Source of the DNA: Azolla caroliniana
Lineage: Eukaryota; Plantae; Polypodiophyta
Direction of reading: 5' to 3'
DNA: 64,000 nucleotides
Assembly (NCBI GenBank): GCA_043228905.1
Contig: JBHGNT010000009.1
Coordinates: forward strand, 1,054,001-1,118,000
Below the pieces are notes generated by a model, which was given only the letters and a program-made list of their open reading frames with translations, did no database searches and was not told the origin of the DNA. Positions 51,609 to 64,000 of this stretch are shown piece by piece (position 1 is the stretch's first letter; every line of letters starts with the position of its first letter). A program made the translations under genes and the position numbers.

Positions 51609-54600
51609 TCAATCCTTTTTTAATAGCGTCGCTATCTTCTCTCTCTTTTTTCTTTTTTTCTTTTTCGTAACGGTTACATACAACCTATTTTTACATTATG
51701 ATACAAGTGGGGTCGTCCACTTACGCCGCGGGTTCTCCGGCTTTGTCCTGTCCGGTGGTGAATGGGTTAGGTGGCGTAGGGCCCAAGTAAGGTTTAAGGC
51801 GGAACTCATTCACCTTTTGTCGTAAGACTTCCCCGACCAGCGTGCCTAGTTGGAACATGCCTTGTTCCGCTTCTATTATCTAGTACGGGCCTGTCCAGCG
51901 GAATCGTAACTTCCCTAGCATATGGCCCATGCGGGTTTGGAAAACCAGTACCGCTTGACCGACCGCAAAATCCTTTTCCCGTGTGTTCTGATGTCGATCC
52001 ACAAACGCTTTACGCCGTCGTTGTTCCTACTCCAACACCGCCATGTTGTGTATGCGTTTTTCGTCGAGTTCGAGTAGCTGGTGGAGCCGTACCTCCTCTG
52101 ACTTGGCTTTCGATAGTCGGTCCCGTACCTGAATCCGTAAACTGGGTATATGAAACTCTACCGGCATCACGGCCTCCAGCCCAAACGCTAGTCAAAACGG
52201 TGTTGACTGTATGCTTGTTTTGTAGCTGGTTCTGTACGCCCATAACGCACTCTGTAATTTGGTATCCTAGTCCGTTCTATTTTCATTGACGATTTTCTTT
52301 AAGATGGTCTACAACGTCTTGGGTCTTGGTGGTGGATTCTGGTAACCCATTCGCCTGTGGATAATATGGCATACTTTTCTTGTGGACTACGGCGTAATGA
52401 TGCGTTAGTTCTTGAACGATCGTATTGAGAAAGTGGTTCCCCTGGTCACTGATAAGCTCAATTGGACAGCCCAACCGACACCAAATGTGTTCATACAGGA
52501 ATCTCGCTGTGACGGCCGCTGTATTCTCTCGTAGTGCCTTTGCTTCTACCCACTTGGTGCAGTAATCCATGGCTACCAATATGTATTTATTGCCCGTACG
52601 GGCCGCCGCCGCCAGTGTGAAGGGGCCCACAAAATCCAATCCCCACTTTTGGAAGGGATCTAACGGTAATACGGGCCAATGAGGCATCCTTGCGCCCTCC
52701 GTGGGCTGGCCCATCCGTTGACACAAATCACACTTCCTGCAATACTCATATGCATCCTTCTGTGTAGTCAGCCACCATAGGCCTGCTTGCCATATTTTCC
52801 GGGCCGTAACATCGCCCGCGTAATGGCCACCTGCCGTGCAACAGTGAGCCTCTCGTAAGACTGTTTCTTTCTCATCCTGACGTACACCGCGTTGCCAAAT
52901 GCCATCACTACCTTTGTGATATAAAATTCCTTCTACCAGGCAAAAGTTACGGCTCTGGACGGCTAATCGTTTCTTCTCGTCTGTGCGTAATTGTGGTGGA
53001 GGCAGTCCCGTAGTCAAAAAGTATGTCATTTCCATAAGCCACCGGTCCGGAAAGGTCGTTTCCATTCTTTCTGCTAGTGCTGCTACCCGTAGAATGTCTG
53101 CGTCCAAAAAGTCGTCGTCGTCCTTTTGTACTGTTTCTCCATTATTGAGTCTGCTCAAAAAATTTGCCACTATGTGTTGCGTACCCGACCGATGCTGAAT
53201 TACAAAATCGAATTCTTGAAGCATCAGCATCCATTGTGCCAATTTCCCCGTTAGTGCTTGTTTCTCCACCAAATATAGTAGTGCCGAATGATCCACGTGG
53301 AACGTGAATTTCCTCCCCAACAGATAATGCCGGAATTTATTGATACTATAGATCATCCCTAACGCCTCACGTTCCATTGTGGAATAGTTACGCTCCGTTG
53401 TTGACAATTTGCGACTAGCATAGTAGACTAGCCGGTACCAATTCGGTTCGGTGAGCTACATTAGCGCACTTCCTATTGCTATGTCTGAGGCGTCTACGAA
53501 CACGTGGAATGGCTTCGCCCAAATTGGTGGTTGTACGACGGGTGCATGTGTGAGCATTATCTTGAGCGCCTCATAGGCCTTGTCCTTCATTGCAGTCCAT
53601 TGGAAAGGAGTCTGATGCACGGCGGCATGTAACAGCGTGGCGAAGTCCGCCAAATATCGTATCATCCGACTATGCCATCGTATTTGGTCTAAAAACCGAC
53701 TGAGTGATTTCGCGTTTGTCGGCGTTTTGGCTTGAGTAATCGCGAAGATCTTGTTCGGATCGACCGCTATTCCCTCCTTGCTAACTATATGGCCTGGGAG
53801 AGTCCCGTTGGTCATGCCGAAGGCACATTTTGCGGGATTTAGGCTTAAGCGTGCGGTGCGGCAACATTCCAAGCACAGTTGCAGATGCGTAAAATGGTTG
53901 GTTTTTTTTCAATATACCGCAAAATCGTCTAAAAAAACTCGCATGAACGCTAGAATTTATTCCCCAAAGATCTCCGTGATTGTCTGTTGAAATGTTGTTG
54001 GTGCCGTTTTTAGCCCGAATATCATGACAACTGCCACATAGACTCCCTAGTCTATGACAAATGTCGTCTTCTCTTGGTCATCGGGATGCATGCGTACCTA
54101 GTTATAGCCACTGAAACCATCTAAAAAACTGTACATGTCATGTCCTGGGACGGCATCTAGTACGCTACCGGTGAATGGTAACGGGGAATGCGTCCTTAAT
54201 GGTTACGACGTTTAATTTTCGATAATCCACGCATACCTGTATTTTGCCGTTTTTCTTTGGAACGACTACTATCGGACTTAACCATGTGGCTTGTTTAACT
54301 GGCTGTATAAATCCCACCTTTAGGAGTTTGTCAATTTCTTCTTTTATGCGGGTCGCCTAGTTCGGGTTCATGCGGTAGCGGCACTGCTGTACCGGTTTTG
54401 CGTCGGTCGCTAAATTGATCTTATATTGATAGAACTTCGGATCTAACCCCTTCATGTCCTCATGAGCCCAGGCGAACACATCTTTATATTTCTTGAGTAG
54501 TTTGATCATCGCGTCTCTCTGGTCCAGCCTTAATTCTTTTGCGATGGAGAGAAAACGGGGTTTTGACGTCGTACCCACGTTTACTTCTTCCAGGGCGGAG

Positions 54601-57125
54601 GCGGTTACTCGTCGTGAAATTTCCATTTCCCTTTCGCATGTTGCGCGTGCTCTGCTTAGTTCCAAGATTGACTCCGGGTTTAGTTCGTAAGTCTCGTCGT
54701 GGAGAGTAGTGGTCGTGGCATATTCTGCCACGGTTGTGATGACGTCAATTTCGAACAGCGGAATAATCCGAGGGTGCTCGTCTAGGTATGCCTCTAATTC
54801 TGCATCATCCACCCCGGCCAACATATTTATATCTTCCGTGTATAATGGTGTTATACCCTTGGATTGTGTCGCCCTTTCCTCTGTAGGTACGCGAACCTTG
54901 GTGCATCCGTGTCGGAAACTGATATACTTGTGTTGCCAGCTCTGCTTGATATTCGTTGCATGAAGCCACGGTCTGCCCAACAGCATAGGGTATGCCCTTG
55001 GGACGTCCAGGGCGAGGACTACCGCCGAGATGTCGAAGCGATCTCCTCCCACGATAATGTCGACCTTGCGTATCAACCCCAATGGTCGTACTAAGTAGGT
55101 ATCTACCATACAGAGCCAGAACGAGCAAGCCTCCCATTCTGAAATACCTAACTGCTCGCATGTTTTCGCGCTAATTACATTAACACCCAAGCCGCCATTG
55201 ATTACACATCCTGGGATTTCCTGACCATGTAATATCAATGTAATAGCCGGGTTGTGGTGATCCACTACCAACGGTCCGTCGCTAATGTCCGTGAGATTCG
55301 TAGCGACACTCACCCCAGGTATGCCCGTCACCCGTTCTGCCATGGTCTTGTAGAAGTGTGGGACTAGTTGCAACAGCTTCTTCATGGTTAACGTTATCTC
55401 ACAGCCCGCCAATGCTTGCCAAATGGGGTCGGGGGCCGATCCTTCGTCCTCCCCTAGCCCCATTGTTTTTGTGGACTACTTCTGCATGCGTTCCGTATTT
55501 TTCGCGTTTGCTTTTTCAACCCATGCCTGGGCTTGTCGTCGTATCTCATCTTGCGCAGCCCAATCAGCCATTTTCATTTGCTGGCGTGTCCTGACTTGCT
55601 GCACTTCTGCCGTAATCATATTGACGGCAGGGCCCTTGCCCTTGCGTACTCGGCATTGCGTGGCAAAATGTCCGGGCTGTTGACAAACAAAACAATAGAT
55701 GCTCGATTCGCCCTTCTCGGCGCCTAGTGGTGCGTGCCGATCCCCCGATGCGACTTGCTCCTCACCGTCCGGCCTCGTTTGTCGGAGCGTACACGGTGGT
55801 TGATGTTGGCCCCGACGTGGTTCTTGGTGCCGCTCTTCATTCGTGCTTTTGTCATATTGCTAGTGGTCTTGATATTGTCGCTGCTTGCCACGAGATCCAT
55901 TGAAGCCGCCACGTTTGTTTGTCGGCCGGTGATTCTCATAGCGCCGGCCCCCTTTAGCATATTGAAGGGGACCACGATAGTTCTCATCCTTTGGTTCGTC
56001 TTCCTCGGAATTGTTGTGATTCCGGTGATTCCGGTAGTGCCGGTCATCACGTGGGTTGTGATCCATATACCGTGGTCGGTCTTCTTGCCTCCTTTGTTCA
56101 GGACAGCGTGGGGGATGTTGTGTGTCCATGCTACGTACTGTGGGAGCAGCTCTGTTCAACATATTGTATTTGCAGTGTTCGACTGTGTGAGCCTTCGAGT
56201 GACAGATTGGGCAGTGGATTCGCATGTTGCACTCCACTGCAGAATGCCCCGAGTTCAAGCAAATCGTGCACTGGATTGCTTGATGAAATTGTCATTCCTC
56301 GTCCTGAGGTAACGCTTGTCGTAATGAGGACATAGAAAACCTTTCTTCTTCGTAGTCCAGCTCGAGCTGTAACGCTTGTTCGATGACCATATCCGTCGTC
56401 TCCCCTTTCACACTATTGTTGTTGAGCGTTGTCCGTATGGGTCGGCGTAATGCTGCCAGAATTGTCTCCCGAGCCTCGTCCTCCACGGGGCCCCGTTCTA
56501 ATTTCCGCTGTAAATTTTGGAAACGTAAGCTGAAATCTGCGATCGTCTCGGTCGACAGCTGCTTAATTGTGTAGAACTGTCCGAGGATTACGCGTTGTGG
56601 AACCCTCCGATGGAAGAACCGCAAAAAGGCGGACTGCAACTGGTCGAAGGTCGTGATTGCTGGCAGATCCATCTGTGAATGCCAAAACGCCACTCGCCCA
56701 TCCAATGTTAACCCGAACTCCGTCATTTTGGATTGGTGCGCTACCGCCTCAGAAAGGCTCTACGCCATGTGGTTTGCATTCCAGAGATTGAAGAACAAGC
56801 GAATGTGAGTTGCGGTGTCAGTTTCACCATTAAAGTCGGGATAGGCAAAGGCCATGCTGAGGGCTACGGCGGGCCGAGGAAGACCACAATGTTGTTGTGG
56901 TGAGCATGCTCCCCGCGTATCGTCGAGGTATTTGGAGAGTGGGAAATCACCTTTGTGATCACGACAGGTAGTGTTGAGGTCGCTGAGGTGAGGCTTCTGT
57001 CGTGCGCGTTCCTCTGCCTAGCATGTGATGGACCTTGTGATTGGCCGGTTTGGTCGTATTGGTTCTCTAGGGCGCCTACGGCTAAACATCTATTTGTCGT
57101 TGTTCGTCTGTGAGAAGACACAGAT

Positions 57126-57139
57126 CACCAAGCGTGCCA
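57126..57139 (-). promoter_or_regulatory. Primer-binding site, tRNA-Arg-like
   Basis: TGGCACGCTTGGTG directly inside the LTR, resembling the complement of a plant tRNA-Arg 3' end with C-to-T changes. Confidence 0.65.
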
Positions 57140-57143
57140 AAAG

Positions 57144-57581
57144 TGTTACCAACTAGGAACACGGTCTACGGCCAGTCCTTCGACCTAGACCTCCAAGTGA
57201 CTGTGTGACAACAAATGGTAGCATTTGTGCGTAATACTTAGTGGGATATTCCCCGTAACCTAGCAGCATATAAGGGAGATATCTCCTTTGACAGTGGGCT
57301 AACACACACACCGTTACTTACTCCTACGCTCTCAGGTGCTATAGACACACAATAGATTAGTCGTAGCTACACACAGATATCAGAGAAGATAGAATTCTAT
57401 TACGATATGCCTCTTACATTCAAAATTACACGCTCCCTCTATAAGAGGTTTTCTTCCCTTTATATACGCAGGGTCTTTTAGCCGTTCACGCTTCCCGCGT
57501 GAACCGTTACATGCGTTACAATATTATACTATTCCGTATTCCTGCGCTCTTGTCCATCGGTTACTATTCCGGCAGACAACA
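57144..57581 (-). repeat. 5' LTR (438 bp)
   Basis: Minus strand TGTTG...TAACA, containing TATATAAAG and followed after a few bases by a PBS. Confidence 0.85.
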
Positions 57582-57582
57582 G

Positions 57583-59631
57583 AGCCTACATCCGTCTTGT
57601 GGCTACCATTGCAAATTAGATGAGTATTGTTTGGCATACAACATGGTCTGATTGTGACCGACTACACCTTTTTGGATGAGGAAGACATGGTTAAAACTTA
57701 TATTATTAAGCGGAGCAAGAACCCTACATCTAATCCCATCACCATCCAAACAAAAGCACTTCAAATCATATACTTCAGTAATCAACCTTGATAGCACAGG
57801 AAGCGTGAAAGCATCGCACCTCACTAATTTCTTAGAGAACCTACTAAACATTTTATCTATGTGATCATGTGTATGACCAACTAGCAAGAAGTTGACCTTA
57901 ATCTTTTTGAAAATACCCTTGTCTACTAACATGCTTAGGTAACCAAACATAGTCGAGTTCTTGTTTTCTCTCTTCATGTTGTCAAGTTGCACGTATAGTA
58001 CTGGTGGGAGTAAACCTTGCCAATTCTGCAGAACTCTTTGCATGACTATAACTGTAAGATTATGGTCGTTGTGGATATTTGGATAAGTTAAGAACACTTG
58101 AGGTCTTATTGTTTGACAATACAAAAGACATCCTACTAAGTGCATTTGCACTAGGCATTCATCTCCAATATCCTTGGGCAATCTTCGAAAATGTGGCAAA
58201 TAAGTTTTCTTTTTATCCATCCCATCTATAATCAAGCACATGTATCTTTCTGGTGATTGAAGCGCTTTTTGACGATGGTGCATAACGTTAGATCTTTCCA
58301 ACGCTTGGCTTTCTCAATGCTCTCTCAATAAAGTCTTATATTTTGTTATTTCTTCATCTGTTATCCCACTTTTTGCCAAGCTTTTTAAACTCGCGCAGAT
58401 TGAACAAACGCCCATCTAGACCTTGCGGGGTATGACCACATTGTTAAACTTCGATCTCCATAAACGATTGAAATACCTATATTGTATATAATCTACACTT
58501 TCCAATAACATGTCATCCTTATAGGCTTGGTATACCTCACGACAAGTGAAGTTATCTGACAAATGTAACCTTCCAGTGGTGGGCATAACATCACATTGCT
58601 TCAAGAAATAAATCACCATCCATGTAACAACATGTCACCCAATCAGGCCCTTACATGAAGATTCTCTATTGTTGAAAGGCACCCACCACCCCTTCAGTAA
58701 TCGATGTTGAATTCTCTGTAGCCTCATGTTCCCGATGCTATAAGCAATTTTAAAAGCAACTTGACAACTCTTCGTAGTAAGTGAAAGGTAGTATTCCACC
58801 TATTGAGAACACAACATTGTCAGATGGTCCTTGACAAGTGGCATATTGGCAATCAAGAATGTATCTTGTTCGTCACCATTGAGAGACAAATACTTTTGTC
58901 GCAACCCCCGCAAGTTTGCCTTTCCAAATTTTGATAGACAAAGGTTCCCACAACATACCTTGCATATGTCAATTGAAATTTGTCGATCCGAACACAAAAA
59001 ATTATATCGTTTAACACTCTCTTGTCGGGGAACTCTTTAAAAATTTAGAGGCTTATTGACACAGTCTTTGGTAGCATTCTATAAACTTGACAACATTCAG
59101 AACACAACATTGCCAGATGGTCCTTGACAACTTGCATATTGGCAATCAAGAATGTATCTTGTTCGTTGCCATTAAGAGACAAATACTTTTGTCGCAACCC
59201 CCACAAGTTTGCCTTTCCAAATTTTGATAGACAAAGGTTCCCACAACATACCTTGCATATATGTCAATTGAAATTTGTCAATCCGAACACAAAAAATTAT
59301 ATTGTTTAACACTCACTTGTCGAGGAACTCTTTGAAAAATTAGAGGCTTATTGACACAGTCTTTGGTAGCATTCGATAAACTGGACTCGACATGAGTTGT
59401 ATCTACTTTAATATATCTTGCTTTACCTATGTTTAATGGCTCTATCGAAAAAATTGACGTCGAGCTTTGCTCTTGATTGTCGTTGGCCTTAACATGGCAC
59501 CGTTTATTATTAACATGGCTATATTCCACGATTGAGAATAAGGAGTTATCAGATAATATAACAGGCTCAATAGAAAACAAAGAATTTTCACTCGACTTTG
59601 AGGACATTTTGCTCAAGGCTAAGTAACACAA
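57583..59631 (-). mobile_element. Sola-like (DUF7869-type) DDD transposase pseudogene, truncated by the Gypsy insertion
   Basis: Cys-rich N-terminus (CKVCCGNLC..F..LRQKYLSL..EQDTFL; CQVAFKIAYSIG); CSIC; catalytic motifs IIDGMD, YVQLDNMKRENKN and FLLVGHTHDHIDKMFS. Confidence 0.75.
58802..59385. repeat. Internal tandem duplication of about 295 bp within the transposase
   Basis: agaacacaacattg.cagatggtccttgacaa...gtctttggtagcattc occurs twice. Confidence 0.9.
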
Positions 59632-59999
59632 ACAATGTCCAAAATAGGCACAAGCTTGGTTTTATAATAGGCACCATGTCCAAAGACATATTTTTTTATT
59701 ATTTTAAAAACAATAATTTGAAAATACAAAAAAAATAAATATATAATGGGAAATCATCTTCTATTTCTCATTATCATGGTCAAGCAGAAGAAGAGCACAG
59801 GAGCACAAGAGCACTTAGCAACCAATATCGTCGAGGTTTCGCCTCCCCGGTCAAGTTAACATCTCCGACATCAACATGAACAAGGGAAAGAAAATTGCCA
59901 AGTATATTTTCCAACCCAACATTTTAGATTCTAAAAAGATTCCTTAAAGAATTTATTTATTTTTGTTTATTTTTTTCTTCCATAATTGATGTGTGTCCC

Positions 60000-60042
60000 T
60001 TTCAACGGGAACTCGATGCACTGCATCGAGTTCTCCTTGAAA
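60000..60042. other. Palindrome with a 12-bp perfect core
   Basis: GAACTCGATGCA-C-TGCATCGAGTTC, extended by tttcaa...ttgaaa. Confidence 0.85.
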
Positions 60043-62248
60043 AATGGGATCTTTATGATCAATTGATTAGATTTGGTCAAATTTTTTGCTGTTTTTTGGT
60101 CTACTTCTTCAAGTTTTTTATGTAACATTCTATACTAAAACGTATGATTTTTGCTAATTTTTCCCTTATTTAAGAGGTCTATATTGTTTATTATTAACAT
60201 TATTGTCATATCCCTGTGTCATGACTTATTGTTTTCAATGAGCCACGACAAAAGGTGTTGTCCTTCAAACTTAAAATTCCATCACCAACAAAAAGACCTT
60301 CTGACACCATGATTAAAGCTCATTCTCGCAAAGCATTTATCGAGTCAAGAGGTGACGACACCTCAAAGTCTTTTGCCGGTATCAGACCAAATACTTCAGG
60401 CGAAAAGAGTGGGGAGGCTCGATTGAAGAGCTACCCCCATGTGGAGTGGACACTAATCTACACCGAGGAAGAAGGAGACCTCCTTCTTATTCTTGCAAAG
60501 TCTAAAGGTGAAGGCAAGTTGCAGGTGGGAAAGACATTCATCTACGGCTACGTATGGAGCATCGAATATGAAGACAACGACTCATCGAACCTCTTCATCG
60601 ATGTTGATAGCTCAGTGGGATTTCGTGGAGTCAAGATCGATGAACGTAATTTCATAATTGACTCCTGCCACCCTAAAGCCCTAAAAAAGGATGTTCAGAC
60701 AAAAACAACTTGATTGTTGCTTTGCGCCCAAACATTACGGGAGAGCTGATGGTCACACAAGCAACAACCCCACCAAAGTCTGCCAAGAAGTCCAAACCGG
60801 AACATAAGAAGTACAAGAAAAGGAAGCAACCCGATGAGGACAACCCAGAGGTCCTCGAGTTCGTAGAAGATGAGGAGGAAGAAGCTGAGCTCGAAGTTAT
60901 TCCTCCAGGGGGCCACATTTCATCAGGGACACTCACCTCAGAGTAGAACCGGATCAGAGAAAATATTGTGAAGACGAAGCTTGTCCGTAAAGGACAATTA
61001 TTTCACTTACCAATCTGCTCTATTCAACGGCCACCCATCGATCCGGAGACAGGAAGACATGCTCTAGAAATTAGAGAACCACATTCAGTGCATGTGCAGA
61101 ACTTAAAAAGAAAAACAAAGATTAATCCACAAGTGACTGTAGTGGCATTCATAGTAATGGTCGACCCAGATCAATGCCCTACTGTTGTTGACTTCAAGTA
61201 CATTTCAACAGATGACTATCCATACTATGTGATTGGAGGATCCCACTCTGCTAAAGCCCGACGTCAAATGGTTAAGGAGTATCCTCTTACCCCTTTCTTC
61301 AAGTATGCAGAATGTAAAGTGTATGCAGGCCAGGCCTTACACATGAAGAAGCCAAGTTGTTAGCTTGGGATCACAACAACGATAATGACTATAATAGACA
61401 AAAGATGTCATGTCTTGAGCGCATCAAGTTCTTCCATCACGAGTACCTTGGTGCGCTGCAAAAATTTGGTCGTCGGTTGCGTCCTAGATTGCAACGACAA
61501 TGTCTGCTTGAAGTGGGGATCGTAGTTGACGAAAGCACCAAGTCTGAAGGCCTAAGGAAATATGACTCATGGTTTCAACTTGCCTTTAGAACAAGGAGGT
61601 GCAAGACCTCCAAGATCGCATTTTAGTATGTGGGACTGTAACGAAATAAAGGGTCAAAAATTAAAGAAGGCTAAGCTCGACCCATAGGTGGAGATGAAAT
61701 CTAAGTCACGTAAAAGTGACTTAGTAATTGAAGAGTTAGCCGAAGATATGAAGCTACTTCCTTGGCGGTCACTACAAGAAATTAAGGATGACATATTATT
61801 GATATTTGTATTATCAAGAGTGGTCACCAAGGAGTTTAGCCTTGACAAAATGGCCGCGGAGGCACAAAAGTGAGTCATCTATGTGCATGTATCATTTTGA
61901 TTTGATTGCTTTGTTGATTTGTCTTTTTTTCTAATTTTAGTTTCATTTGTTTTTTAGTCATAAGGTGTTTATATGAAGATTCAAGAGTTGATGATGAAAA
62001 ATTTGTCCCTGCCTACGTGGGAAGAAGTGGAGCAATCTTGCCCAAAAACATCATCTTATAAGGCTCTTGAAGAATTCTTTATCGTGTTTAGAGAATGGGT
62101 ATGTATGTTCTGCAAATATTAATTGATTTTTGGATAATGGGTTTCTTCTTACAAAATTTATAATTACAGAAACCACCTCGTTGTCGTAGTGTATTTCATA
62201 CACTACGTGAAAATAATATAAAATAACCGATTGAATAAATATGAAGAA

Positions 62249-62340
62249 ATATATATATATATAAGCATGACATGCATAAGGCAAGATTTGAACCTTGCAC
62301 CTCCACATTAATAATGTAATGTCTTACCATTACACTAGCA
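62249..62340 (-). mobile_element. Second tRNA-derived SINE-like copy, inside an intron of the MTase gene
   Basis: Reverse complement reads TAGTGTAATGGTAAG...TGGAGGTGCAAGGTTCAAATC followed by (TA)n; shares a 16-mer with 15645-15787. Confidence 0.55.
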
Positions 62341-64000
62341 TTTCATTCATGTTAAAAAGTAGATGTCCCACATAAAAAATGTAAGTTCACGTGGGATAAA
62401 CTTTAGTTTTTTAAAAAAAACGCATGCTAAAAGAAAAAGCTACGCATGCACATCTAACATGCATGAACGCTATTGTTGATAAAAAACGCACAAGTTAGAA
62501 AAAGCATAATCACTTTAGATAAAGCATATAGTCTATCTATAGGAAAAGCATGGAGTCTATAATTAGAGAAAACGCATGGGTTAGAAAAGACTCTCTCATC
62601 TCTATATAAGGATGAGGAGCACAATGTAATGGGTGTGTGAAAAATATTTGGGAAATTGGATATATTTCCTAAAACACCAATTAATATAATCGTGGGATTC
62701 ACGAAGTTTTATATAATCTATCTCTTTCAATCTAAATTCATATTCTTACATAATTATTGATTAATGTAATACTTGTGGGATTCACAAGGTTTGATCTCTT
62801 TTCTATTTCTACTCTAAACTATTTCAATTTATTACTATGATTAGTACAAACTAAAACAACTCTACTTGTGGGATTCACAAGCTTCTAATAATCTATACAT
62901 AATTAAAATCGCCTCAAATTCTTCCTCTTCCTAGTCCATAACCCTAGTGGTTCCCACCTGACTCACGCAAACGATCTGGCGCCGAAAGGCACGACATCGT
63001 TCAAAGAAGAATAGTGACAACAATGAAGGCATACCTAGCGCCTTCATCACCCATTTGGAATGAGCTAAATACGAGAAACGTATGACAAAAGGAAAGGAGT
63101 TCGAGGTGCCTGAGGACTTAGATACCGTCAAAAGCTTTTTGCACAAGAGTGATCCTTTCCAACAATTGTATTACAGTGTATATAATGGTTATGTGGGTAA
63201 TATGCTTGACATATTACCCAAGAGACATTATACATTGCTCGTCACGGATATATTGTATGGTTTCAGAATATCAGGCTCGACATACGACGATGTGCCATAC
63301 AAATATCCGCAAATAGAGAAGATGGTTAAGGACTTCACGGAGTTGACCTTAGCACCATTATGGCGTATTGTTATATTTCATAGTATGGGTCAGGTGTTAT
63401 CGGTCACGACTGCATTGAAGTCGAGAAGCCATGCCACCGAACATATGCATTGGTAAACATTTTGTTACTATATATTTAATCTGTGGAATCTATGTTGCTT
63501 ACAACATATTTATTAACTTGTTTTGAAATAATTGTGAAATAGGGTTAAAACGAACATAACTCGGACCCCAGGTGATCGAATGGTGAGCCCTGTGGAGCAC
63601 ATGTGCGTGGGCTACTACGACGCAATTTCTAAGAAGAAGGCTCGGGCACATGTTAATGAATGCAACATTGTCAATTATATCATGTGCCCAACTGTAGCAA
63701 AGAAATTGCGACACATGCATGGCGATAAGAGTTTAGTAAACCCTTATCAAAAGCCACAACGATTAATAAATCAATTGGTCGAGTTGTTCTCGAACCCTGA
63801 TGATTGGGTTCTCGACTTGTTTTCTAGAACAGGTAATCACAATAGTTTCATCTAGTTTTTTAAAAATGAAATGCCATTTCTTGTCTTTTTTTTCTTACTT
63901 TTGCATGTGTGATTGTTTGTTTAGGAACGACGACTGCATGTGCTCTCAAATTGTTTAGAAACTGCGTCGCATTGGAGAAGGACCCCGACCAAGTCAACTT

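Larger units (their letters stand above)
49360..57581 (-). mobile_element. Ty3/Gypsy LTR retrotransposon (Tat/Athila-like, non-chromovirus) with extra 3' ORFs; 3' LTR missing
   Basis: 5' LTR at 57581-57144; gag from 56855 with CCHC knuckles; protease (VINGGLGVN, LLGRPWL); RT; RNase H (FHVFVDASDIAIG); integrase (WGLDFVGP, LISDQG, YYPQANG); order PR-RT-RH-IN. Confidence 0.92.
59876..64000 (+). pseudogene. Intron-containing gene encoding a ParB/Srx-like domain and a beta-class amino-(N4C/N6A) DNA methyltransferase; decayed and runs off the window
   Basis: ParB-like YYVIGGSHSAKAR..KVYAG..EAKLLAWDHN (61220-61380). MTase motif IV-like LLVTDILYG (63247), then W-V-K, then NPYQKPQRLINQLVELFSNPDDWVLDLFSRTG|TTTACALKLFRNCVALEKD (motif I). 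GT-AG introns at 63453-63542 and 63833-63924 restore the frame. There are several stops and frameshifts upstream, and the 5' start is uncertain. Confidence 0.8.

Noticed and set aside
59876-64000. Bacterial contamination as the source of the methyltransferase
   Set aside because: It has spliceosomal GT-AG introns, a nested SINE-like insert, and is contiguous with plant transposons

Overview
AT-rich land-plant nuclear DNA. Its transposon complement suggests a non-seed plant such as a fern, but this is inference. The left half carries ordinary intron-containing genes on the minus strand: a cytosolic Asn-tRNA synthetase (its 3' end runs off the window), a SNAP25-type Qbc-SNARE and a single-exon secreted/multi-pass membrane protein. 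A tandem duplication of about 8.3 kb (22489-30752 / 30753-40463) joined at an 8-bp microhomology. It left both parent genes intact and created a new, fully open chimeric gene: a signal peptide and acidic repeats fused in frame to both domains of a group I WRKY factor. A LINE later inserted just upstream of this gene. The right third is a transposon nest: a hAT remnant and two tail-to-tail Gypsy elements. At the far end, a Sola-like/DUF7869 transposase lies head-to-head with a decayed, intron-containing gene encoding a ParB-like domain plus a bacterial-type beta-class N4C/N6A DNA methyltransferase. This transposase-plus-methyltransferase unit and the chimeric WRKY gene are the two strongest candidates for novel biology. 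Exon boundaries and substitution counts were read by eye.
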